NCBI GenBank assembly: GCA_900547615.1
Contig: URHH01000001.1
Coordinates: 2,296 to 66,295 of the forward strand
DNA: 64,000 nucleotides
DNA from: an uncultured Blautia sp.
GTDB lineage: Bacteria > Bacillota > Clostridia > Lachnospirales > Lachnospiraceae
Direction: 5' to 3'
Shown: one piece after another, positions 18,555 to 28,526 of the stretch
Position numbering within the stretch: the first letter of the stretch is position 1
How the letters are laid out: every line of letters starts with the position of its first letter
Made by a program: the position numbers and the translations under genes
Notes under the pieces: model-generated
Databases searched by the model: none
What the model was told of the DNA's origin: nothing
The model's input: the letters and a program-made list of their open reading frames with translations, nothing else

Positions 18555-20269
18555 AATAATTCCTTTCTTTCTGTTTCTTCAATCAAAACATTCTCTACTG
18601 TTTCTTTCTCTACAAAAATATCCTCTCTGATATTTCTGTATTGATTTCCTGATATTTCTCCATTTTGTACATCTCTTATTTCCAGGGCTCTGTCACTTGA
18701 TTCAAATACATTATTTTTTATTTTAATCCTCTTATTGACAGGAGCAGAAAATCCCTGAGATTTTATAGAAATGCAGCCTCTTCCAAATTTCCCATATCGC
18801 TCTTTTGTCCCACAATTCCGGAATATACAATTATGAATATCAATATCTTCTCCATGACCGCCCTCACAGTGAGTGTCAAACTCTGCACCGATCAAAACGC
18901 CTGCATTCATCATATTTTCGTATGTACAATCTGAAATCTCCACATTTTTACAGCGCAGAAGATGGCCTGCTCCGGCTATATTTCTGTAAACATTATGTTT
19001 GCAGCTATACTGCTCCGGCTCCCAACAAGAAGCGGACATAAGCGTACCCTCTTTTACAAAAGACGGCATTTTTTCAAAAAAACAAATCCTGTATCTTGTC
19101 ATGCGGTGGGGCGCTTCTCTTTTTACTGCCGCGCCTTCTGCTGCTTCTTTTTCCGGTTCCTCGAAATAAGAGCCCAAAATCTCCCAAGAAGAACATTTTC
19201 GTATTTCCGTCTCCGTATGATTGTAAAATTGTACCTCAAAACTCTCTCTCATAGAAATAGGCGCATATCTGCATACTGCCAGCACTTCTTCGTCTGAGAT
19301 AATTTTTTCTGCGATAAGAAAATTACTGTGTACATTCTGCCCGTCCATACGCACGCCTTCTGTAACGCAGTTCTCTATCCTGACATCCCCTGTGCACCTG
19401 TAAATTTTCCAGCCATCTCTCGGTCCTGTAAAAAACTGATTTCCTTCCGGTTTTATTACAAGACGTTCTGCCCAAATATTACAGCAGTTTTCTGTAAGGA
19501 CTGCGTAGCTGTTTGTATTGTAAATTCTGATATTTTTTAATTTTAAATCGTCACATTTTCCAAAGAAAAGCTGAAAATCTGTTTTCCCCGCCTGATGCCA
19601 CGAAAGCCCTTCTCCTACATGAACTTTAGAAGAAAGCTCTTCATCCTCAAGCATCAAAAGCCTCTCTCCAACAAGAGAGAAACGCCTGTCATATCCAAAA
19701 CCATATGTAAGACTTTCTCCCAATAGCGCCTTTTCTTTTATGGAAAAACGATTCATACAATAAGCCGCCATTTTGTCATAACAGGGATTTCCGGGAAACA
19801 CAGAAACAAAAATACATCCTTTTTCTATTTTTACAATTTCTCCAGCTGACGCGCACTCAGGCTTTCTTGTAAACGCAAGATTTTCTATGGTAAGATTTTT
19901 GCAGTTTTCCGCCCACAAAACCGAAGGAAGAAGTGTCTGGGAAATCCTGGAATTAAACCCTGCAAGAACGGTTGCCGGCTCTCCTGTCTCTGTACATTCT
20001 CCTTCTAAAGTCAGATTCTCCAGATTTTCCAGATAAATATGACAGTCCTTTTCATGAATGTCTCCGCATCCATCGTCATGGGCAATGGAAAGAGTTTCGC
20101 AGCATTCCCACTCAGTCAGGCAGTAAATCCCTTTTCCAAAATGTACTGTTTTTATATTCTTTTTTTCTGCGTCCTGAAAAATGTTTTTAACTTCTTCAAG
20201 TGTAACCCTGCTTTTATCGCTGATATATAAATCTGCATTTAGCTTTTTCTCTTTCATCTCAGTTCTCAT
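18551..20269 (-). CDS. right-handed parallel beta-helix repeat protein (pectin-lyase fold; putative intracellular glycosidase)
   Basis: 572 aa, no signal peptide. Repeated NxxI/V..N beta-helix rungs (NCIFRNCG, NNVFESS, GNQYRNI). Cys-rich. Confidence 0.45.
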   Translation of the reverse strand: MRTEMKEKKLNADLYISDKSRVTLEEVKNIFQDAEKKNIKTVHFGKGIYCLTEWECCETLSIAHDDGCGDIHEKDCHIYLENLENLTLEGECTETGEPATVLAGFNSRISQTLLPSVLWAENCKNLTIENLAFTRKPECASAGEIVKIEKGCIFVSVFPGNPCYDKMAAYCMNRFSIKEKALLGESLTYGFGYDRRFSLVGERLLMLEDEELSSKVHVGEGLSWHQAGKTDFQLFFGKCDDLKLKNIRIYNTNSYAVLTENCCNIWAERLVIKPEGNQFFTGPRDGWKIYRCTGDVRIENCVTEGVRMDGQNVHSNFLIAEKIISDEEVLAVCRYAPISMRESFEVQFYNHTETEIRKCSSWEILGSYFEEPEKEAAEGAAVKREAPHRMTRYRICFFEKMPSFVKEGTLMSASCWEPEQYSCKHNVYRNIAGAGHLLRCKNVEISDCTYENMMNAGVLIGAEFDTHCEGGHGEDIDIHNCIFRNCGTKERYGKFGRGCISIKSQGFSAPVNKRIKIKNNVFESSDRALEIRDVQNGEISGNQYRNIREDIFVEKETVENVLIEETERKELL

Positions 20270-20922
20270 ACCTCATATCCTGCATAATAGAGAATCTCTT
20301 TCATGCCTTTTTCCAGAACTTTCTCAATTTTTTCATACCCGGCTCTGTTTGGATGCACTTTATCCTCAAGATACAGCTCATGATTTTCCTCATGGATACC
20401 TGTAAATCTTCTCATATCAATTACAGGAAATCCATAATATATACCGGCACGTATCACAGCATCATAATAAGCTTCCAGCGTAAAACCTACCTTGTTTTTT
20501 GTCTGGTATGCAGCACCCTCTTCCCCCATTCCATCCGGTTTTTCCAGACGAAACAGAGGAGATGCCCATATAAGAACTGCATCTGGCACTTTTTTTCTGA
20601 TACAGCGAACAGCCGTTTTTATCGCCCCATAAAACGTATCGGGCGTTTCATCTTCTATATTGCCTATCGGACATCCCCAATACCAGTCATTTGTACCGTG
20701 CCACATAAAAACAACATCCGCATCTTCCGGAATATTCTGCGGTTCTATAAGAATCGAAGCTGCATTATTGGGAGAAGCAAAAGACAGTCCGCTTGAGCCT
20801 ACAGCATAATTTACAATCTCCGCCTGAAAGGTTTTTTTCAGAAATCCTTCATATCCACCCTCTCCGTGAGTTCCTGTAGAAAGGCTGTCCCCGTAAATGA
20901 CAATCTTTTTCACTTTTTTCAT
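20266..20922 (-). CDS. SGNH/GDSL-family hydrolase (esterase/deacetylase)
   Basis: 218 aa. Block I IYGDSLSTG (GDSL motif) and a DxxH-like region near the C-terminus. Confidence 0.8.
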   Translation of the reverse strand: MKKVKKIVIYGDSLSTGTHGEGGYEGFLKKTFQAEIVNYAVGSSGLSFASPNNAASILIEPQNIPEDADVVFMWHGTNDWYWGCPIGNIEDETPDTFYGAIKTAVRCIRKKVPDAVLIWASPLFRLEKPDGMGEEGAAYQTKNKVGFTLEAYYDAVIRAGIYYGFPVIDMRRFTGIHEENHELYLEDKVHPNRAGYEKIEKVLEKGMKEILYYAGYEV

Positions 20923-22556
20923 TTTAAATCCATCTCCGTTTTTCCCGATACAAACATAGAATATGTTTTTCCCTCATATTGTATTTCTGCCGGAAATTCA
21001 TCTTCTGTATCAATTGTAATATGCAGAACATGGTTACGAATTTCTGCAAGAAAGTCTCCTTTTTTTCCTCCAAACCAGTAATTGCGGCATCCAAGCTTTC
21101 CGTCTTTTACAGCTTCGGAAATATCCCATTTTAAACCGTCTTTATTTCCCTGAAGGCCAATGCCATATTCAATAAGGAAAAGAATAGAGCCGATTCCTGA
21201 CCATCCTACAAAATCTTTATTATCCGCATCTCCGCTTGTAACAGAATCAGCCGGATAATTCTCCCATATTGTTCCTGTTTTTTCATAAACCTGAGACAGA
21301 ACATCCATATGATTTTTTCCGATTTCCGCTGCCAGCTCATGGTATCCATTCTGTTCCAGAGCAAGCACTACAAGCGCATTTGTCGGCGCCCAGACAGAAC
21401 CGCTCCAGTACCCTCCCTCCGGGCAAAATCCCTCTTCATTTGCTGCAAGGACAGGTATTCTATGCACTCTGTTAAACGTTTCTTTATCGTTCAGCCACTT
21501 TATAAGACATGATTTTTGATGTTCATCTGCGATTCCTGCCAGCATAGGAAAAAATCCTGCGATAGTTTTAATTCCTGTCTGGGAAAGATTATCATCTACG
21601 TCATAATAAAATCCGTCTTTTTCATTCCACATATATTTATTAATAGCTGCTGCCGTTTCTTCCCTGTCCTGTTTCAGCCTTTCTTTCCTTTCTTCAAATT
21701 CCGGACGCACATCTCCGGCTTTTTCCAGAATTTCCATTATTTTTATCAGCTGTCCTGCAAGCATTGCCATTTCACTTGTAATATCTACACCCATTCCAAG
21801 ATATTTATTTCTTGGAGAATTATCCATACTTGCCCAGTCTGTAACATAAAGCCCGCTCACATGGCGAAGATGATATTTCATAGCTTCATACTGCCTAAAA
21901 AGAGGCTCATATACAAGCTTCAGACGCTCTACATCTCCTGTAAACCTGTAGCTTTCCAGCTCTCCCAATGCAAGAAGCGGATGATTCAGATTATCAAGAG
22001 TCAGATATGGATTTTTTTCTACTGTTCTTCCAAGCTCAGGTTTATACATTTCCTCATAAGGAAGATTTGTAAGCTCCTTCAGTCTTCGAAATCCGTAATG
22101 ATTATGAAAATAAGAATATAAAGGCTTGCGGTATACATTAACCCACAGAGGGAAATCTTCCCCTGTCTCTCTTATCATTTCTCTTGGAATCTCTCCGTCT
22201 TCAAGCTGCTTGCAGTAAAAATTATCGAGGGAACAGATTCCCGGTACATACGTATGAAAAAGATTACAGAAAAGTGTCATAAAGACCGTATCCCATAAAA
22301 ATACATCTGCATTAAAAGCAGCATCTACAAAATTACTTACAAAACCACTTTCCGCTGTTGGCTTATGTATGTTCTGAAAAAGAATCTTCACAGAATAATC
22401 ATAGCTGTCCTTCCATCTTTTTCTTCCCTCCGTAATGGGAATTGGAAGCTTGTCCTTTACCATCTCATATGTGTAAAGAGGCTTTTCTTCATATTTCTTT
22501 TTGGAAAAATACATTCCTCTTTCCTGTTCTTCTATATATTTCATGTCTTTTTCCAT
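20919..22556 (-). CDS. (alpha/alpha)6 six-hairpin glycoside hydrolase, GH63/GH37-like (candidate mannosyl-/glucosyl-glycerate hydrolase)
   Basis: 545 aa. Six-hairpin glycosidase features (DWASMDNSPRN; GYWSGSVWAPTNALVVLALEQNG). The family assignment is inferred, not proven. Confidence 0.45.
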   Translation of the reverse strand: MEKDMKYIEEQERGMYFSKKKYEEKPLYTYEMVKDKLPIPITEGRKRWKDSYDYSVKILFQNIHKPTAESGFVSNFVDAAFNADVFLWDTVFMTLFCNLFHTYVPGICSLDNFYCKQLEDGEIPREMIRETGEDFPLWVNVYRKPLYSYFHNHYGFRRLKELTNLPYEEMYKPELGRTVEKNPYLTLDNLNHPLLALGELESYRFTGDVERLKLVYEPLFRQYEAMKYHLRHVSGLYVTDWASMDNSPRNKYLGMGVDITSEMAMLAGQLIKIMEILEKAGDVRPEFEERKERLKQDREETAAAINKYMWNEKDGFYYDVDDNLSQTGIKTIAGFFPMLAGIADEHQKSCLIKWLNDKETFNRVHRIPVLAANEEGFCPEGGYWSGSVWAPTNALVVLALEQNGYHELAAEIGKNHMDVLSQVYEKTGTIWENYPADSVTSGDADNKDFVGWSGIGSILFLIEYGIGLQGNKDGLKWDISEAVKDGKLGCRNYWFGGKKGDFLAEIRNHVLHITIDTEDEFPAEIQYEGKTYSMFVSGKTEMDLK

Positions 22557-22574
22557 CGTACTTCCTTTCCTAAA

Positions 22575-23723
22575 TTAATCCTCACTCTTTATTTGTCCTG
22601 CTGCCAAAACTCTCGCAAAATTTTCCACAGTACCTCTTAAATTTTCAGGCGCTTCCTCAAGAACCTTTTCCATTGGTTTCAGACTTCGAATAATACTGAA
22701 CACAGCTGTAATTCCTTCGTCATAAAAAAGTTCCATAGAACCTTTCTGGCGCCCTGCAAACACATATACAGGTTTCTTATATTTCCGGGCAATTCTGGCA
22801 ACTCGTACAGGAACTTTTCCCTGAAGACTCTGCGCATCAATAGAACCTTCTCCTGTAATCACAAAATCGCAGCTTTTTATTTTTTCTTCAAGAGATAACG
22901 CTTCCATCACATAATCTGCTCCGGAACAAAATCTCGCATCACTGACTGCAAACAAAGCAAACCCGATTCCTCCTGCCGCACCGGCTCCTTTCATAACAGA
23001 TACATCTCTTCCCACTGTTTTTGTAATCTTTTCTGCATAATGCTCCATTCCAGCTTCTATTCTTTCAAGAGAATCTTCTGTAACCCCTTTTTGCGGTCCG
23101 AATATATATGTTGCCCCTTCCTTTCCAAGAAGTTTGTTTTTCACATCACAGAGAACTGTTATTTTCACATCTTGCAAAAGACGTACCGGCTCTGTCAAAT
23201 CTACAGTTTCTATCCGGGAAAGCCCTCCTGCGCCAAGCGGAACCGGTTTTCCTTCTTTATCCAGAATCTTTCCACCAAGAGCCATCAGCATTCCGCAGCC
23301 TCCGTCATTGGAAACAGTTCCCCCAAGTGTGAGAATAATTTCCCGGCAGTCTTTTTTTAATGCGTGAAGAATCAGTTCTCCCACACCGTATGATGTGGCA
23401 ATATCCGGATTTTTCTCTTCCGGGGCAATCATCATCATCCCGCATGCTCTTGCAACCTCAATAACAGCCGTCTGATTTTTTTCAATCCACACAAAATCTG
23501 TACCTGTTTTTTTTCCAAGAGGCCCCGAAACTGTACAGGAAATTTTGCTTCCCTGCTGACTGAGCATCAGGCATCTGGCAGTTCCCTCTCCTCCGTCCGC
23601 CATAGGTACAAGCGAACACTCTGCGTCAGGAAAAACTTTTTTTAATCCCTCACGTATGCATGTTGCCGCCTCCATAGCGCTCATACTTTCTTTATAGGAA
23701 TCAGGTGCTATCACGACTTTCAT
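22575..23723 (-). CDS. glxK: glycerate kinase (GlxK/GarK family)
   Basis: 382 aa. MKVVIAPDSYKESMSA...ADGGEGT...GPQKG...ITGEGSID are strong matches to the glycerate kinase family. Confidence 0.9.
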   Translation of the reverse strand: MKVVIAPDSYKESMSAMEAATCIREGLKKVFPDAECSLVPMADGGEGTARCLMLSQQGSKISCTVSGPLGKKTGTDFVWIEKNQTAVIEVARACGMMMIAPEEKNPDIATSYGVGELILHALKKDCREIILTLGGTVSNDGGCGMLMALGGKILDKEGKPVPLGAGGLSRIETVDLTEPVRLLQDVKITVLCDVKNKLLGKEGATYIFGPQKGVTEDSLERIEAGMEHYAEKITKTVGRDVSVMKGAGAAGGIGFALFAVSDARFCSGADYVMEALSLEEKIKSCDFVITGEGSIDAQSLQGKVPVRVARIARKYKKPVYVFAGRQKGSMELFYDEGITAVFSIIRSLKPMEKVLEEAPENLRGTVENFARVLAAGQIKSED

Positions 23724-25399
23724 GAAGCTTCCGCTCCTTCCTCTAATTTAATCCATTTATATTCATAAGATTCCAGAGAAATATCTTTCTCTACATGTTC
23801 TCCTGATAATAAATCCGTCCCAAAATACGGAACCGTTATAGAAACATTCTCGTCTGAAACATTCACGAGAATAAGAATTCTCTCATTCTTCTCTCCACGC
23901 ACAAGGGCAAAAATCGAAGGATGGAGGCACAGCACTTCCTGAGCGCTGTTTGGAGAAAATGCATCCTGCGTTTTTCTGATTTTCAGAAGTTCTTTATATC
24001 TTAAAAGCACCTTTCTCCTTAAAGAATCTCTTCCAAGCTCTTCCAAAAGATTATCTAAATCCAGTTTTTCTCTGTTAATGCGGCGCTTAATTCCTGATTC
24101 CTCGTAATCCCGATAACAATTTCTTGAGCCCAGAAGGCTATGGTAATAAATCCCGGGAACTCCCATAAGAGATAAGAGAATACACTGTGAACCCATAAAC
24201 TTCTGTACCATTACATCTTCCACTTTCTCATCTCCCGCAACTGCGTCCAGATAATTAATATTCAATTCGTAAGGAATTTCTTTCCCATCGGAATCTGTGC
24301 GAACTCCAACCTGTCCGCCTCTTTCATAAACAGCGTCTAACATTTTTCTGCGTTCCTCTTCGCTTAAAATATCTTCTACAGGCCGCATTCCGATTCCGTC
24401 ATGAGACGCAAGAAAATTAAAATATGTTGTCTGCGGACTTGTAGGTTCAAGGGATGCCGCCCATTCTGTCAGCTTCTCTGCATTGCCAACAATATAAGAA
24501 TAGAGGGTAAGCGGCGGAAGAGGAAACTGATAAACGAGTCCTGCTTCATCTGTTCCGTCTCCAAAATAGCTGATATTTTCTTTGTGAGGAACGTTTGTCT
24601 CTGTAATAATCGTACATCCTTTTACACACTCCTCAAGAACTTCCCTCATCAATTTGATAAGCTCATGAGTCTGCGGAAGGTGCATACAAGTTGTTCCCTG
24701 TTCTTTCCAGGCAAATCCAATCGCATCAAACCTTAAAAATCTGGCTCCTTTAGAAGCATAAAAAAGAAGAATATCAAGAATCTCCAGAAGAACTGCAGGC
24801 TCTTTATAATTAAAATCAATCTGATCCTCACTGAATGTAGTCCATACATATTTTTTTCCATCTTCCGTCTCAAAGGCAGTAAGAAGAGGCAAGGCTCTCG
24901 GACGTGTCACACTACTGTAATCTTCATCTGGATCTGCCACGATAAAAAAGTTTCTGTACTTTTCATTGCCCTTTAAAAACTCCTGAAAATAGACGCTTGA
25001 TTTTGACGCATGGTTAATAACTGCATCAAACATAAGATCATAGTTTTCACCCAGAGCTTCAATATCTTCCCAGGTTCCCAGCTCCGGATTGATCTCCCTG
25101 AAATCCTGTACAGAAAATCCATCATCCGAGGTATAAGGAAACATAGGGAGAAGATGAACACCGCTTATTGTCTTCTCCATTTCCCCGTCAAGAAATATTT
25201 TTAATGCCTGCAAAGGTGTCATTCCCTCTTTTTTTATTCCATCTCCATAGGTAATCAAAATTGCGTCTTTTTTATCTGGCCGCGGATAAGATTTTTTTAT
25301 TCTTCCCTTCCACTTGTCTGTCAGTTTTTGAATTTCTCTGTATATCTCTTCGCTTCTGTCTCCGTAAAGGAACTGTAATCTTTCCTTTATTCTGCTCAT
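23720..25399 (-). CDS. GH13_18 sucrose-phosphorylase-family glycoside phosphorylase; likely glucosylglycerate (or glucosylglycerol) phosphorylase
   Basis: 559 aa. Matches sucrose phosphorylase blocks (LLPMFPYTSDDGFSV, DAVINH, RFDAIGF, ITETNVPHKEN). The ~45-aa N-terminal extension and the adjacency to glycerate kinase favour a glycerate-releasing specificity. Confidence 0.8.
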   Translation of the reverse strand: MSRIKERLQFLYGDRSEEIYREIQKLTDKWKGRIKKSYPRPDKKDAILITYGDGIKKEGMTPLQALKIFLDGEMEKTISGVHLLPMFPYTSDDGFSVQDFREINPELGTWEDIEALGENYDLMFDAVINHASKSSVYFQEFLKGNEKYRNFFIVADPDEDYSSVTRPRALPLLTAFETEDGKKYVWTTFSEDQIDFNYKEPAVLLEILDILLFYASKGARFLRFDAIGFAWKEQGTTCMHLPQTHELIKLMREVLEECVKGCTIITETNVPHKENISYFGDGTDEAGLVYQFPLPPLTLYSYIVGNAEKLTEWAASLEPTSPQTTYFNFLASHDGIGMRPVEDILSEEERRKMLDAVYERGGQVGVRTDSDGKEIPYELNINYLDAVAGDEKVEDVMVQKFMGSQCILLSLMGVPGIYYHSLLGSRNCYRDYEESGIKRRINREKLDLDNLLEELGRDSLRRKVLLRYKELLKIRKTQDAFSPNSAQEVLCLHPSIFALVRGEKNERILILVNVSDENVSITVPYFGTDLLSGEHVEKDISLESYEYKWIKLEEGAEAS

Positions 25400-25410
25400 A
25401 AATTCCCTCC

Positions 25411-26514
25411 TTATTTAATTCTCTTTGTAGTCTCACAGTCAAAGAACATAACTCTGTTTTTCTCCACTCCAAGAGAAATCTTCGTTCCTGGAGTCATATT
25501 CATATATTTTGTTGTATGAATCTTAACTTCTTTTCCATCTACATGAGTAATCAAAATAGAATGTGATCCCTGGGGTTCTGTAAATTCTACAGTAACGTCG
25601 CACATATATCCCTCTGAATGGACACACTCAGGAGAGACGGAACAGTATTCCGGTCTCACACCCATATCTACTTTTGTTCCCTCATACTTCATGAGAGCCT
25701 CTTTCAGTTCTTCAGGTACAGCATACCGGAATTCTTTGTTTACAGCATAAAGTTTTTCTCCCTCTTTTTCAATCACTACGTCAAAAAAGTTAGTAGGCGG
25801 TGTTCCGATAAACTCAGCCACAAATTTTGTAGCGCTGTCCTGATACACCTCCATAGGCGTTCCAATCTGCTCGATTTTCCCCTGATACATAACTACAATT
25901 CTGTCAGCCAGACTCATAGCCTCTGACTGATCATGGGTTACAAAAATACTGGTAGATCCTTGTTTTAAATGAATATTTTTAAGCTCTGTTCTCATGGAAA
26001 CACGAAGCTTTGCATCAAGATTGGAGAGCGGTTCATCCATAAGAAACAGCTTTGGCTTTACAACAATGGCTCTGGAAACAGCTACTCTCTGGCGCTGTCC
26101 TCCTGACATCTGAGCAGGGTAGCGTTTCAGAAGATGCACAATATCCGTTGCCTCCGCAGCCTTTAATACGCGCTCCTTTATCTCAGCTTTCGGAACTTTT
26201 TGAAGCTTTAAAGGATAGGCAATATTATCAAAAACTGTCATATGCGGCCAGATAGCATAGCTTTGAAAAATCATGGATACACCTCTGTCCTTCGGTTTTT
26301 TATCCACGATATTCTCCCCGTCTATCAGAATTTCCCCTCCGCTTATATCCTCAAGGCCTGCGATCATTCGGATAGTTGTTGTTTTTCCACATCCGGACGG
26401 ACCTAAAAATACAATGAACTCTCCCTTTTCAATATTCATGTTCATATGATTCACAACCATAGGGCCGTCTTTTGTATATTTTTTCTGTAAATCTTTAATC
26501 TCTAAATAGCTCAT
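25411..26514 (-). CDS. sugar ABC transporter ATP-binding protein (MalK/UgpC-type with C-terminal TOBE domain)
   Basis: 367 aa. Walker A GPSGCGKTT, signature LSGGQRQRV, Walker B LFLMDEPLSNLD. Confidence 0.9.
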   Translation of the reverse strand: MSYLEIKDLQKKYTKDGPMVVNHMNMNIEKGEFIVFLGPSGCGKTTTIRMIAGLEDISGGEILIDGENIVDKKPKDRGVSMIFQSYAIWPHMTVFDNIAYPLKLQKVPKAEIKERVLKAAEATDIVHLLKRYPAQMSGGQRQRVAVSRAIVVKPKLFLMDEPLSNLDAKLRVSMRTELKNIHLKQGSTSIFVTHDQSEAMSLADRIVVMYQGKIEQIGTPMEVYQDSATKFVAEFIGTPPTNFFDVVIEKEGEKLYAVNKEFRYAVPEELKEALMKYEGTKVDMGVRPEYCSVSPECVHSEGYMCDVTVEFTEPQGSHSILITHVDGKEVKIHTTKYMNMTPGTKISLGVEKNRVMFFDCETTKRIK

Positions 26515-26538
26515 TCCGTTCTATCCTTTCTTTTTGTA

Positions 26539-27582
26539 TTATAATTCCACTCCGCCCCACATCTGTCCGATATATTTACGGATAATAAAAGTAAATACAA
26601 GCGCCGGAAGAATCAGAATAATACTTCCTGCTGCCGCATATTGGATTCCGCTTGACGTAGTACCGATTGCTTTATATACAACAAGAGCCAGCGTCTGATT
26701 TTCATTTGTGAGAATCAATGCGGAAATCGTATCATTCCACGCTGTCAAAAAAGCATACATGGAGCTTGCCGCAAGTGCCGGGAATGCCATAGGAAGCGTA
26801 ATTCTCATAAAAGTCTGAAAACTGTTTGCCCCAAAAATCATAGACGCCTCCTCAAGCTCTCTGCTGATTCCGATAAAAATACTGCTTGTAATCCATGCCG
26901 TAAGCGCAATATTCGGCACAGAATATAAAATTGCCAGTCCCAGAAGCGTATCAAAAAGTCCCATTTTAATCAACATAACCGCCATTGGAATGCTGATTCC
27001 CACAACAGGGAACATTCGGACAATCAAAAGTCCCACATTAATCTGTTCTTTAAACTTAAAATTGTACCTTGCCATAGCGTAACCGGCGAGGCTGCCAACA
27101 GAAATAGAAATCAAAATAGTTAAAAGCGAAACAAGAATACTGTTTTTTAATCCTTCCGCCGCTCCCGGTGCGATGCGGAAAAAGGTCTTAAAATTATAGA
27201 GCATATCCTTTTTATATGTAAATTCCATAGGCCCGTTTTCATATGTCTTGGAAAAATCCTCCACCAGCTGTTCTCCCGGTACCGTTACTCCGTACTGTCT
27301 TGTAAAATGGTCTTCCAGTTTTTTCGGCCTTTTTGTGGTAATAATAGATTCGTATCCTTCTCCTCTGTCATAAAAAATTTCAAATTCTTTTTCTTCATTT
27401 GGAACAACTTTTACAGTGATGCTTGTACTGGGAAATATCCGTTTCGGAAACTGAGTCATCTCATTTGCATTTGAAAAAGAAACTGTAACAAAAAACATGA
27501 GCGGAATCGCAACCAGCATAACCATACCCGCAAGAATAATTGCTACAACTGCTTTTTGTACAGCATTCAACCTGTCCATCAT
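26539..27582 (-). CDS. carbohydrate ABC transporter permease with an extended N-terminal periplasmic region
   Basis: 347 aa. TM1 is followed by a ~100-aa extracytoplasmic segment, then 5 TM helices and an EAA loop. Confidence 0.8.
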   Translation of the reverse strand: MMDRLNAVQKAVVAIILAGMVMLVAIPLMFFVTVSFSNANEMTQFPKRIFPSTSITVKVVPNEEKEFEIFYDRGEGYESIITTKRPKKLEDHFTRQYGVTVPGEQLVEDFSKTYENGPMEFTYKKDMLYNFKTFFRIAPGAAEGLKNSILVSLLTILISISVGSLAGYAMARYNFKFKEQINVGLLIVRMFPVVGISIPMAVMLIKMGLFDTLLGLAILYSVPNIALTAWITSSIFIGISRELEEASMIFGANSFQTFMRITLPMAFPALAASSMYAFLTAWNDTISALILTNENQTLALVVYKAIGTTSSGIQYAAAGSIILILPALVFTFIIRKYIGQMWGGVEL

Positions 27583-28451
27583 ACTTTCTCAACCTCCTTT
27601 TTTGGCTTACCTTTCGAAACCCTAAGATAAACAACAGTTGCAAGAAGTACGATTACTGTTGTAAGGAACGAATACGTAAATGCCAGTTTCGCACTTGTAT
27701 CTACCCCCGGAACTACATCTACATAGAATGCAACTCTCTCTACAAGGAACGGAACTTTACTATATCCAAGTACCATAACAGCAATCGCCCATACCTGTAC
27801 GGCTGCAATCAAACGCATAATTACCGATGTGGTGATAGAGGGTTTTAAAATAGGAAGCACAATGTCCTTAAATATTTGCCATTTATCTGCTCCAAACAAA
27901 AATGCAGCTTCTTTCAGCTCTTTCTGAACTCCCTGCAGCCCTGCAACAAGAATAATCATAACTGAAGGAGTTACGGTCCATGTATCAATTAAAATTACAA
28001 GAAAAACTGCTGAAAGGCCCTCAACATTCATAAACTGAAGAGGTTCTGAGATTAAATGAAGATTCATGAGAAGCGTATTGATCCATCCATCTCCCATAAG
28101 ACCTGTTTTCCACAAAATAGCAACTGCGGTAGGCGTAATAGCCATTGGAATCATGGACACAAACATAAGAAGCTTTGACCCTTTAAACTTTCTGGAAAGC
28201 AGTACTGCCAACACAAGAGCCAGAAGATACTGTGCAATCACAGAAACGGCAGCAAATATGGCGGTATTCATCACAGATTCAGAAAAAAGCTCTGACTGTG
28301 CCATTAATTTAAAATTCCCCAACAGAGTAAAGTCTCCGTTTAAATCTGTAAATACTTCTTTTGCTCCTGACAGTACCGGATAAAGCCAGAACACGCCATA
28401 AAATAAAAACGCAGGCAGCAGCAAAAGATACGGTATTTTTCTTTTATTCAA
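27579..28451 (-). CDS. carbohydrate ABC transporter permease (MalF-like)
   Basis: 290 aa. EAA loop EAAFLFGADKWQIFKDIVLPILKP. Confidence 0.85.
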   Translation of the reverse strand: MNKRKIPYLLLLPAFLFYGVFWLYPVLSGAKEVFTDLNGDFTLLGNFKLMAQSELFSESVMNTAIFAAVSVIAQYLLALVLAVLLSRKFKGSKLLMFVSMIPMAITPTAVAILWKTGLMGDGWINTLLMNLHLISEPLQFMNVEGLSAVFLVILIDTWTVTPSVMIILVAGLQGVQKELKEAAFLFGADKWQIFKDIVLPILKPSITTSVIMRLIAAVQVWAIAVMVLGYSKVPFLVERVAFYVDVVPGVDTSAKLAFTYSFLTTVIVLLATVVYLRVSKGKPKKEVEKV

Positions 28452-28526
28452 CTATATTCCTCCTCGTCTGATGAAAAAGGGAAGGGATTTTTCTTCCCCT
28501 CCCCTTTCCATGTAATATATTTTCTC

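Noticed and set aside
21516-22121. 201-aa plus-strand ORF
   Set aside because: It lies entirely antisense inside the GH63-like hydrolase gene. Low-complexity Cys/Phe/Ile-rich translation.
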